Positions 51,332 to 61,439 of a stretch of DNA of 64,000 nt are shown here, piece by piece; position 1 is the first letter of the stretch, and the number at the start of each line of letters is the position of its first letter. The DNA is from Leucoraja erinacea (lineage: Eukaryota): the NCBI RefSeq assembly GCF_028641065.1, contig NC_073395.1:18538001-18602000 (forward strand). Reading direction: 5' to 3'. Below the pieces are notes generated by a model. The model was not told the origin of the DNA. It was given only the letters and a program-made list of their open reading frames with translations, and ran no database searches. The position numbers and the translations under genes were made by a program.

Positions 51332-51907
51332 GTTTGTGGCGGGACGACGGTGGTGTGGCCAGGGTCAGGAGACGGGAGCAATGGCGTTGTGGTGGGTTTG
51401 CCTGTTCAGCCTTCATTGGAAATCACCGTCGTACAGGCTGGAAACAGGCCCTTTGGCCCAACTTGGCCGTGCTAACTAAGATGCCCTATCTACACTGTGT
51501 TGGAAGAAACTGCAGAATCTAGTTTATACCGAAGGTATACACAAATAGATGATGTGGGTATTCTCCGGGATCTCCGGTTTCCTCCCACACTCCAAAGACG
51601 TGTAGGGTTGCTGGTTAATTGGCTTTGGTAAAATTGTAAATTGTCCATAGAGTGTGTAGGATAGTGTTCGTGTATGGGGTGATCGCTAGTCACTGTCAGT
51701 GAGCCATCACTGGTTCGGGGGATCACTGGTCGGTTTGGATTCAGTGGGCCGAAGGGCCTGTATCTCTGAACTAAACTAAAACCGCATGGCCTCCTGCGCT
51801 CCGAGGTGTAAAGACATAAGTGTCGGGGTGTTTGCTGCGGTAATGTTTCTGCGGCCGGGACGGGGCAGGTTGGTGTGCGATTGTAAATCCACTGTTTCTC
51901 TCCTCAG

Positions 51908-52063
51908 TCGACAGAGAACTGCACATGTGTCCTGCACAATCTGGCCTTCCAGTTGGAGAACGAACTGCCCAGTGCCTACACCGAGCGTCTGGGCTGGAGG
52001 AAACACCTGGGGCAGCAGAAGTCGCCTGGGTGTTTTGGAGGTCGCAGCCCCAAGATGAAGGAG
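51908..52063 (+). CDS. PKP2: Plakophilin-2-like exon 8
   Basis: STENCTCVLHNLAFQLENELP...KSPGCFGGRSPKMKE|gtacgg; 156 bp. Confidence 0.92.
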
Positions 52064-52289
52064 GTACGGACTGTCGCGTCCCTCGCACTGCCCCACGCCA
52101 CTACACTGCACTCCCTGACGGGCTGGTGCGCGGAACCACCATGGAACTAGACAGGGTGAATGCACTGAGACCTTCCCCAGGGTTAGGGAATCAAGAATTA
52201 AAGGGCAGAGAATGTCCATCCACATTACCTGCACTGGGCTACTTGACCCGGGTTGAATCGTACATTTGAAGTATCGGTGAACCAGGGCT

Positions 52290-52787
52290 CTCCTGTTGGT
52301 TTGGGAGCAGATCCATCCAAGACCACGAGAAATTGCAGTCGCAGCCTAGACCATCACGCAAACCCACCTCCCTTCCATTGACTCCATGTACACTTCACAC
52401 TGCTTCGACAAGGCCACCAGCATCATCATAGACCATTCACTCCCTCTTTTCCCCTCTCCCATCAGGCAAGAGGTACAGAAGTGTGAAAATGCACACCTCT
52501 AGATTCAGGGACAGTTTCTTCCCAGCTGTTATCAGGCAACTGGGCCATCCCATCACCAACTAGAGGGTAGTCCCGACCTGCCATCTGCCTCATTGGTGTC
52601 CCTCTTTAATCAGACGTTATTGGACTTTATCTTGCACTAAACATTATCCCCTTCATCCCGTATCTGTGCACTGTGGGAGGCTTAATTGTAATCATATATA
52701 GTCTTTTCATTGACTGGATAACACGCAACAAAAAAGCTTTTAACTGCACCTCGGTACACGTGACAATAATAAACTAAACTGAACTAA
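52290..52787 (+). mobile_element. Rex1/Babar-like LINE 3' fragment
   Basis: Same family as 20262-20745. Confidence 0.72.
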
Positions 52788-52833
52788 GGGTTTAAGGTGA
52801 GAGGAGGGAGCCTGACGCTGGTGTGTTGTGTAG

Positions 52834-53010
52834 GAGGGTGTGACGGAGAATGTGTGGGCGGAGGAGATGAACCCACCGCAGGGCGTGGCGTGGCTGTGGC
52901 ATCGGCTGGTAGTGCGGATGTACCTCTCCCTCATCGCCCGCAGTACCCGCACCTGCACACAGGAGGCGTCGCTCGGAGCGCTGCAGAACCTCACGGCCAG
53001 CACTGGACCC
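52834..53010 (+). CDS. PKP2: Plakophilin-2-like exon 9
   Basis: [59 protein letters not shown]|gtaagc; 177 bp. Confidence 0.92.
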
Positions 53011-53015
53011 GTAAG

Positions 53016-53016
<1 letters not shown>

Positions 53017-53056
<40 letters not shown>

Positions 53057-53685
53057 CAACGTGAGTGGGAGGGGGGTGCTGTCGGAAGGGGGGGGGGGTT
53101 GCTGTCGGAAGGGGGGGGGGGGTTTGTGGGTGGGGGGTCTGTGGGGGGGGGTCTGGGGGGGGGGTGGGGGGGGAGTCTGTTGTGGGGGGGGGGTCTGTGG
53201 GAGGGGGGGGGTGGGAGGGGTGGTTTGGGGGGGGGGGTCTGTGGGAGGGGGGGGTGTGTGGGAGGGGGGGGGTCTGTGGAGGGGGGGTCTGTGGGAGGGG
53301 GGTCTGTGGGAGGGGGAGTCTGGGGGGGGGGGTTGGGAGGGGGGGGTCTGTGGGGGGGGGGGGTCTGTGGGAGGGGGGTCTGTGGAGGGGGGGGGGTCTG
53401 TGGTGGGGGGGGGGGGGTGGGGGGGGGGGGGTCTGTCTGTGGGGGGGGGGTCTGTGGGAGGGGGTCTGTCGGGGGGGGGGGGGTTGGGGGTGGGAGGAGG
53501 GGGGGGGGGTCTGTGGGGGAGGGGGGTGGGGGGGTCTGTGGGAGGGGGGTCTGTGTGGGGGGGGGGGGGGGAGGGGGGTCTGTGGAGGGGGGGGTCTGTG
53601 GGAGGGGGGTCTGTGGGGAGGGGGGGGTCTGTGGGAGGGGGGGGTCTGTGGGGTGGGAGGGTGGGGTCAGTGATGGGTGGGGGGT
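53017..53685. repeat. G-rich minisatellite (GGGGGTCTGTGGGAGG-like) filling plakophilin intron 9
   Basis: Recurrent TCTGT cores between variable G-runs. Confidence 0.9.
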
Positions 53686-53705
53686 AATGTCCTGTGTTCC
53701 CACAG

Positions 53706-53861
53706 ATGGGGACAGCCATCACACAGAGCATCAGCCGGGGGGGAGCGGGGGCTGCAGCATCTCCGCCGCACGCTGCACTCCCCCCAACTCCCGCGTCTGC
53801 AACGCCACCCTCTGCCTGCTGCGCAACATGAGTCGCCACCCTGGGGTGCAAGCCGAGCTGG
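53706..53861 (+). CDS. PKP2: Plakophilin-2-like exon 10 (two apparent +1 homopolymer frameshifts)
   Basis: Removing one G from G7 and one C from C6 gives MGTAITQSISRGERGLQHLRRTLHSPNSRVCNATLCLLRNMSRHPGVQAEL, 154 bp, phase 1. Confidence 0.8.
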
Positions 53862-54156
53862 GTGAGGCCCGGGGGGGGTGGGGGGGGGGTGGGGCAGAGG
53901 GAGGGGGTCAGGAAGGTGAGTAGGGTCAGGGGACAGTCAGAGAGGGGAAGAGGTCAGGGTCCAGAGGGGTGTTGATGGGGAGGGGGAGGGTGGTTGAGGT
54001 CAGGCGGGGAGAGGGGCTAGGGGATGGGGGGGGGTCGGGGGGGAGGAGGGTTGGCGTTCGGAGGGTGGGTGGGGGGGGGGGGGCGGTTTAGGTTGGGTTG
54101 GGGGGGAGAGGGGAAGGAAGAGGGTCGGGCTGGATGGAGAGAGGTTGGGCAGGTGA

Positions 54157-54215
<59 letters not shown>

Positions 54216-54439
54216 GGGGGGGGGGGGGGACAGGGATTGATGGGGTCCGTGGAACAATAAGCTGTTCCAGTCTGTGATGGGACAGGAGGAGGTGGGCAGT
54301 GTGGGAGGCAGAGGGAGTGGTCACTTGGACAGGTGTGTGGTTGGGGCAGCGGTGGGCTGGAGACATTGACCCCCCACCCTGACCCCTCCCTCTGACACTC
54401 CCTCTCTGTCACCCCTGCTCCATCCCCCACCCCTCACAG

Positions 54440-54626
54440 CGGACACTCTGGTGCCGGACCTGGCTGCGGTGCTGCCTGTGGCGGTGAACTCAGCGACGCC
54501 GGACGACACGACTGCCCTGATCTGCCAGGTGCTGCATGCGTTGCTGCAGGGACGGCCGCAGCTGACCCGCACCATGGCGCAGGGACCCGCGCTGCCCTGC
54601 CTCGTGGAGCTGAGCCGCCGCGAACA
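54440..54626 (+). CDS. PKP2: Plakophilin-2-like exon 11
   Basis: tcacag|ADTLVPDLAAVLP...ALPCLVELSRRE-CA|gtgagt; 187 bp, phases 1 to 2. Confidence 0.85.
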
Positions 54627-54881
54627 GTGAGTCACAGGGCAGGGTAGGGGGAGAGGGACAGGGGCAAGTGGGACTAGTCTAGATGGGCATCTCGGTCAGC
54701 ATGGGTGAGTTGGGCCGAAGGGCCTGTTCCTGTACTGTGTGAACTGTGAGTGGCTTCGCCTGTGGCCCACTCTGGTAGGCAGCGATCTCCGCACTCTGGG
54801 GGGAGGGGTTCCCGTCTCTTTGACCCCCCCCCCCACCCACTCTGTCCCTGCCCCCCCCTGACTCTCCCTCTGTCTCCCAGC

Positions 54882-55113
54882 NNNNNNNNNNNNNNNNNNN
54901 NNNNNNNNNNNNNNNNNNNNNNNNNNNNNNNNNNNNNNNNNNNNNNNNNNNNNNNNNNNNNNNNNNNNNNNNNNNNNNNNNNNNNNNNNNNNNNNNNNNN
55001 NNNNNNNNNNNNNNNNNNNNNNNNNNNNNNNNNNNNNNNNNNNNNNNNNNNNNNNNNNNNNNNNNNNNNNNNNNNNNNNNNNNNNNNNNNNNNNNNNNNN
55101 NNNNNNNNNNNNN
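54882..55113. other. Assembly gap (N run)
   Basis: 232 N; lies in plakophilin intron 11. Confidence 1.
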
Positions 55114-55343
55114 GGGGAGGGGAAGGGCAGGTCTGTGTGGGAGGGAGGAGGATGGAGGAAGCCCCCCCCCCACCCCCTCCCACCCATGAGGAGCGAGGAA
55201 CGGAGGGGTGAGGATTGTCAGCTGGTGGTGAGGAGGGTGGGTGCATTGTGTGGTGACTGGGGGGGGAGGGGCAGCACGAAGTGGACTGGCTGAATGGCCT
55301 TTGGCAAAGCGGGCAGTAGAGTGGGGCACTGGGTGTGTTTCAG

Positions 55344-55431
55344 GAATGCCCCCAGCAGTGCCAGCAAGGCTGCATCCAACCTGCTCTACAACCTCTGGCT
55401 GTTCCGGGACTTGCAAAGTGTGTACAAGAAG
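55344..55431 (+). CDS. PKP2: Plakophilin-2-like exon 12
   Basis: NAPSSASKAASNLLYNLWLFRDLQSVYKK|gtatgt; 88 bp. Confidence 0.92.
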
Positions 55432-56619
55432 GTATGTTCTGGAGGGGGGGGGCTGGCAGGGGAGTGGGGGGGGGCTGGCAGGGGGGGGGGGGGGGTGGCA
55501 GGGAGGTGAGGTGCGGTGCAGTGACTGCTGGCTGTGGGTGTCTCTATGCACATGCTGCTGCTGCAGAGGCAGGGAGAAAGTGCCCAGTTAAATCCATAAC
55601 TCCGCGAGTTCATTCACCCCGACAATACAATAAAACAGAGCCCTCCACTATAACGCAAGACAAACAGATATACTAAATAAACTACTATATAACTATATTA
55701 CAATCCTTGCCAAGGGTGCATACAACCCCCTGCGGTGCCCAGCGGTCCCGGAAATCCCCCAGGGTGCCCATGGACAGCTCATAGTTCCTCTCCAACACCA
55801 CCCGGGTGCGGATGTAAAAGGGGCAAGCATCTGGCTCGGGCAGAGCCCTCTTCCGCCAGCTTGGCCAGGCCTAGGAACTACCCAACCAGGACATCTTCAG
55901 CCCTACCCTCTCCCCTACACACAGGGTGTCCATAGATGAGGATGGTTGGGTGTGAAGTGCAGCCAGCTGGCAAGGGACAGCCCATTTATGTCTTAGAACT
56001 GGGGCTGCAACCTCATGCACTTGTCCAGCCTGCAAAAGTGGCAGAGTCTGTGATGCTCGGAGCTGTATCCTCCACCTCACGTCCCCGATGTAGAGGGGCC
56101 GCCACTGAGAGGGGAGCGCCTCATTGTGGGAGGGGTGGTGCTGAGGGAGTGCCGCATTGTCATAGAGTCTGCGGCCGTCCTGTCTAACTTTGTGTGCCTT
56201 CTTCTATTCATCCCTGCTGGTCGCGGGAGGAAGGAGGGTGGTGGAAGCCCCCCCCCCCCCCATGAGGAGCGAGGAAGGGAGGGGTGGTGATTGGCAACTG
56301 GTGGTGAGGAGGGCAGCTGTGTCGCGGGCAGCTTTGTCTGAAACACTTCCCAATATCTATCTATCCCAGAATTGTTCTGTGGCTCGCTTTGGGAGGTCTG
56401 TGCTGATTTAATGCTCTACACAATTTAAAAAAAAAATATATTAGTGATATATATCATATATTTTTTCTTTTTTTAATGTAGAGCATTAAATCAGCACAGA
56501 CTGTATATATATATATATGAAACTCGGAGAGAGCGAGAGAGATTCTCTGTGTCTCCCTTTCTCTCCCTTGCCACTGGTTTGGTTGTTGTGAAATCTCTCT
56601 CTATGTTCTCTGTTTGAAG

Positions 56620-56703
56620 GCCGGTTTCACAAAATCGGATTTCATCAACACTCGGACGACCAAGGTCTACCACTCACTGCGGGATCGTAAGACGTCGCTG
56701 TGA
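56620..56703 (+). CDS. PKP2: Plakophilin-2-like exon 13 (last coding; about 860 aa total)
   Basis: ttgaag|AGFTKSDFINTRTTKVYHSLRDRKTSL-TGA; close to the PKP2 C-terminus (F.K.DF.N.RT.K.YHSL.D). Confidence 0.9.
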   Translation, partial: AGFTKSDFINTRTTKVYHSLRDRKTSL

Positions 56704-57070
56704 ATCCGGCCGCCTCTCACTGGTCCTCACTGATGGAAGACCCTCCGCTCCGGGCCAGATACCCTCGGGGGAGTGATCGGTGAAATCCCAACAATCCCGC
56801 CTCTTTGTCCACATGGAAACTGCCTAGCGACGCCTTGGAAGTTTCCAGAAGTTGGCCGCATGCACGGCCCCATATTAACAGATGCTCAAACAACAGTGGT
56901 GGAGTTAGATCGCCCACTGTGGGCTGACTCTGCAGAACATTAGTGTGTGCATAATCCATGGCTAATCTTCAAAGAGGAAGTTAACAGGACATAGGACACT
57001 ACAGCACAAGAACAAACCCTTTAGCCCACAATGCCAGTGCCGAACATAATGCCATGACCAGCTCTTATCT

Positions 57071-57169
57071 TTTTATTTTATTTATTTTTTTTAAATATTT
57101 TTATTAGAAGCAAACACATATTATGGTAAAGACATTTCATGTATATCAGTCGTACCTTATTAATATTAA
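57071..57169 (-). mobile_element. Short poly(A)-tailed retro-insertion with a 15-bp TSD
   Basis: GACCAGCTCTTATCT at 57056-70 and 57170-84 flanking a T-rich head (A-tail on minus) and AATAAA. Confidence 0.75.
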
Positions 57170-57996
57170 GACCAGCTCTTATCTGCCTGCACATCCTTTC
57201 ATATCATTCCATTCCCTGCATATCCATCTAACAATCTCTTAAATCGGCCTCATGTTCCGGGCACCCACTTAAAAAAAACTTGCTCCGCACATCTCCTTTG
57301 CCCCTCTCACCTTAGACTATGCCCGCTAGTCTTTGATTTTTCCACCCAGGGACTACCTATGGTCGAACTTTACTGGACTTTATCTTGCACTAAATGTTGT
57401 TCCCTTTATTCTACATCTGTACACTGTGGGCGGCTTGATTGTAATCGAGTATATTCTTTCCGCTGACTCGATAGCAGGCAACAACATTTTTTTTCACTGT
57501 ACCTCAGTGCACGTGACAATAAACTAAACTCAAACTCAAAGGTTCTGACTGTCTACCCATCTGTGCCTCTCATCATTTTATATCCTTTTATCAGGTCTAC
57601 CCGCAACCTTCGACGATCCAGATTAACTCGCGTGGTATGTGGGGGGGGGGAACCAGCCCCATCCCCCAGTCACTTGAGAGGGTAATGCTGGCTTATTGAT
57701 CCACTACAGCCCCTCTGTTGAAGGTACTCGCAGTGCTGGTGGAGAGGGAGTTCCAGGATTAGACCCAGTGAGGATGAAAGGACAACAGTGATCTATTTCC
57801 AGACCAGGATAGTTTGGGGTGGATTTCAGATCTGGAAAAAAAGGTGTCGGAGGAACTCAGAGAGTCCATCAGCGTCTGTAGGGGAAGAAGGAATGGTTAA
57901 TAGACCATCATCTGCGGTCTCAGAAACTCTTTGCTTAAACCATCTCCGTAAAGCCACCGACACGCCCACGTGCTGTACTCTCACTTTGTGTTATTT

Positions 57997-58280
57997 GTTT
58001 AGAGATGCAGTGCAGAAACAGGCCCTTCAGCTCACCGAGTCCGCACCGACCAGCGATCCCCGTACACTAGCACTGCCATGCACACTAAGGACAATTTACC
58101 GACACCAATCAACCTACAAACCTGCATGCCTTTGGAGTGTGGGTGGAGATCGGAGCATCCGGAGAAAACCCACATGGTCATAGGGAGAAGGTGCAAACTC
58201 TGCACAGACAGCACCCGTAGTCGGAATCGAGCCTCGGCCTCTGGCGCTCTGAGGCAGCAGCTCTGCCACTTGGCCACTGT
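57997..58280 (-). mobile_element. V-SINE (HE1-like)
   Basis: Reverse complement of the same family. Confidence 0.82.
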
Positions 58281-59529
58281 TGAGCTTAGTTTCTGATGGG
58301 TGTTTGGTGTTTTGGGGAAGAGGGCGAGTGTTCAGGGGTGAGCAGTAATTCCAGCACTGGAGCCAGGTGTGTCCATTGTGTAGTATTGAAAAAATAAAAG
58401 GCAGCTGCCATGGTCTGGCACACAGCCAGTGTTGGAGTGGGACGACTGCACTATTGAACAACCCGTGTAGGAAGGAACTGCAGATGCTGGTTTACACCGA
58501 AGATACGCACAAAGTCCAGGAGTAACTCAACGGGACAAGCAGCATCTCTGGAGAGGAAGGAGTCACGGTTTCGGTCTTTAACAACTTAATCCCTGCTTTT
58601 GTTGTCTCTGAATATCGCAGGTCCTTCTAGCTTAGTTTATTGTCATGTGTACCGAGGTACAGTGAAAAGCTTTTTTGTTGCCTATTATCCAGTCAGCGGA
58701 AAGGCAATACATGATTATAATCAAGGTGTCCACAGTGTACAGATACAGAAATAAAGGGTGTAACGTTTAATGCAAAATAACATCCAATAAAGTCTGATCA
58801 AAAGTAGTCCAAAGGTCTCCAATGAGGTAGATGGGAGGTCAGGACCGCTCTCTAGTTGGTGATGGATGGTTCATTTGTCTTTCAGTGGACACCTTTCCTA
58901 TTATACTGGACTCGCTGAATGTCCCCATCCAGCTATCTAGCAAGTTAAACAATGAATCCAATAAAGACCCATAGACACGAGATGTCGTTGATGCTTTACT
59001 GTATTGAACTGTGAAACTGTAACATACAAGCAGAAAAGGAAACAGCATATTTAGTTACGTTATACACTTGTTATGGGAACATAAACTATGATGCCACTGC
59101 AAAATACAGTGCTGTTATGTGAGAAACCAGCCAGGGGACATGAAATATTCTTAACTGTGTTAATAATAACAATCCTGCTCAATAACGGTTATAGTATATA
59201 AAGATGCTGTTATAACGAACATAATTACTCACAGACATTGCGTCTAACAAACTGGTGGGGTAGGATGGCGATAGATTACACGCTGAGAATTACACCGTCT
59301 AAACACCGTGAGGTGCCCTCTCTGAGCTGGACTAGTTTATGATAACTTCTTGTATAACGGGAAAGGTAACTCAAAGCTGTAGGAACCCGAATATCCAGCA
59401 GGTGGCATTAATGCATGTAAACAGAATGTGGTCCAGCACACCTATCAATGCACCTGTCCAAGTGTGTCAAATGTTATGGGGTGAAGGCAGGAGAATGGGG
59501 TTGAGAGGGAAAGATAGATCTGCCTGATC

Positions 59530-60010
59530 GACAATGGGTGCAGGAGTAGGCCATTTGGCCCTTCGAGCCAGCACCCCCATTCACTGTAATAATGGCTGAT
59601 CATCCACAATCAGTACCCCATTCCTGCCTTCTCCTCATATCCCCCGAGTGACTGCTATCTTTAAGAGCTCTATCTAACTCTCTCTTGAAACCATCCAGAG
59701 AATTGCCACCATTGCCTTCTGAGGCAGGGAATTCCACAGATTCACAACCCTCCGTGCGAAAAAAAAATCCTCATCTCTGATCGAAATGGCTTCCCCCTTA
59801 TTCTTAAATTGCGGCCCCTGGTTCTGGACTCCGCGAACATCGGGAACATGTTTTCTGCCTCTAGCGTGCCCAAACCCATAACAATCTTATAAGGTTATTA
59901 ATCAATAAGATCCCCCTCATCCTGCTGAATTACAGAGTATCTAGGCCCAGCCGCTCCATTCTTTCAACATATGACAGTCCCGCCATCCCGGGAATTAACC
60001 TCGTGAACCT
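59530..60010 (-). mobile_element. CR1-clade LINE 3' fragment
   Basis: Collinear similarity to 9040-9500. Confidence 0.78.
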
Positions 60011-61252
60011 TATGACGGAGTAGACTCAATGGGCCGAATGGCCTAATTCTGCTCCAATGACGGAAACTTCAGACTCCTTTCATGTTGAGGCTGAATTAAA
60101 CCTCGGTTAAGTCGTAATCGTGAAACTGTCCCCTCGCCTGAGACATTGCAACCAGTGAGAACATCTCAACATCTACCTGGACAAGCCACCCCAGGGTGCT
60201 GTACGTTGCAATGAGACCACCCCTGATTCCAACCTCAACAAGTAGTGAACAAGTGGTGTAACCTCTCTCTAGTCATGGCCAGCATTGGTGGAGGTGAACC
60301 TTCTGCGAGGGCCCCCATGCTACAATGGGGTGTAGTAACAAGGAACGCCAGTTGCTGGTTTACCAAAGAAAGACACAAAGGGCTGGAGTAACACAACGGG
60401 TCACGCGCCATCTCTAGAGAACATATATCGGTAACGTTTCGGGACGGAACCCTTCTTCAGACTGACCCGAGACGTCAAGTATTCTACAGAAACTCGTCCA
60501 TGCCGACCAAAATCCTCATCTACACTAGTCCCATTTGCCTGCGTTTAGCCTTTATCCCTCCAAACCTTAGTGTAATAAAAATAAACTGCAGAGGCTGGTT
60601 TATACTAACGGTAGACATAAAATGCTGGTCAGGTGGTATCTCTGGAGAACATGGAAGATGTTTTGGATCGGGACCCTTCTTCAGACTTCAGTCAGCGAAA
60701 TGCCACCCATCCATGTTCTCCAGAGATGTTGACTGGCCCATAGAGTTACTACCGCACTGTGTCTGTCCCTTCAGACCTTTCCTGCCCATGTATGTATTTA
60801 CAGACTGTCTGCCATCGGGTAAGAAGAACAGCAGACCCGTTTAGTCCAGCCACTGAATGCCATCACTCTTTGCTCCATTTCCCCATTGCCCTCCATGCAC
60901 CATGACTGGTCTCTGCTCTACCTGCAGTCAGCAGTTTCCTGGGTAGAAGGTTTCTCTGGACCTCGGCATCTCACCCCTAGCCAAGACCCTTGATCCCCAG
61001 CCCTGAGGTAACACCCAGCCCGACCATCCCTGACAGAAACTCTAGCAATCTCATTTTGGATTCCTGGTCGTCACTCCAAAGAGAACCGCATGGAGCTCCA
61101 ATCTTCCGCCCCACCAAAGTCGCGCAGGTTTGTATGCAATTGGCTTCTGTAATTAGCATAACATAGGATATAATTAGTGTTAGGGGTGATTGTTGGTCGG
61201 CATGGACTCTTTAGGTAAGCTGTGTCTCTAAACAAACTAAGTAAAGATAACC

Positions 61253-61439
61253 GGAGGTACACAAAATTGCTGGAGAAACTCAGCGGGTGCAGCAGCATCT
61301 GCAGTCTGTCTGAAGAAGGGTTTCGGCCCGAAACGTCGCCTATTTCCTTCGCTCCATAGATGCTGCTGCACCCGCTGAGTTTCTCCAGCAATTTTATGTA
61401 CCTTCAATCTTCCAGCATCTGCAGTTCCTTCTTGAACAC
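61253..61439. mobile_element. Penelope-terminal-repeat element with inverted ends and a hammerhead core
   Basis: 14-bp flanking duplication AAGTAAAGATAACC (61239-52 and 61440-53). Confidence 0.85.
61305..61342 (+). ncRNA. Minimal hammerhead ribozyme motif (Penelope type)
   Basis: CTGAAGA-aGGG-tttcgg-CCC-GAAA-cGTC: CUGANGA and GAAA boxes, helix II and a GUC triplet. Confidence 0.6.

Noticed and set aside
52797-54430. Gly-rich and Pro-rich ORFs resembling extensins or formins
   Set aside because: Translations of intronic poly-G minisatellites; only the embedded plakophilin exons are real
54674-55551. ORFs spanning the second gap
   Set aside because: N-run and low-complexity artefacts
29064-56703. 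Calling the plakophilin a pseudogene
   Set aside because: The only lesions are two homopolymer indels in a poorly sequenced G-rich zone; all other exons and splice sites are intact
58890-59460. AT-rich segment with repeated GTTATAAC-like words, possibly an old Tigger-like fragment or an enhancer
   Set aside because: No terminal repeats, TSD or coding similarity could be established by eye
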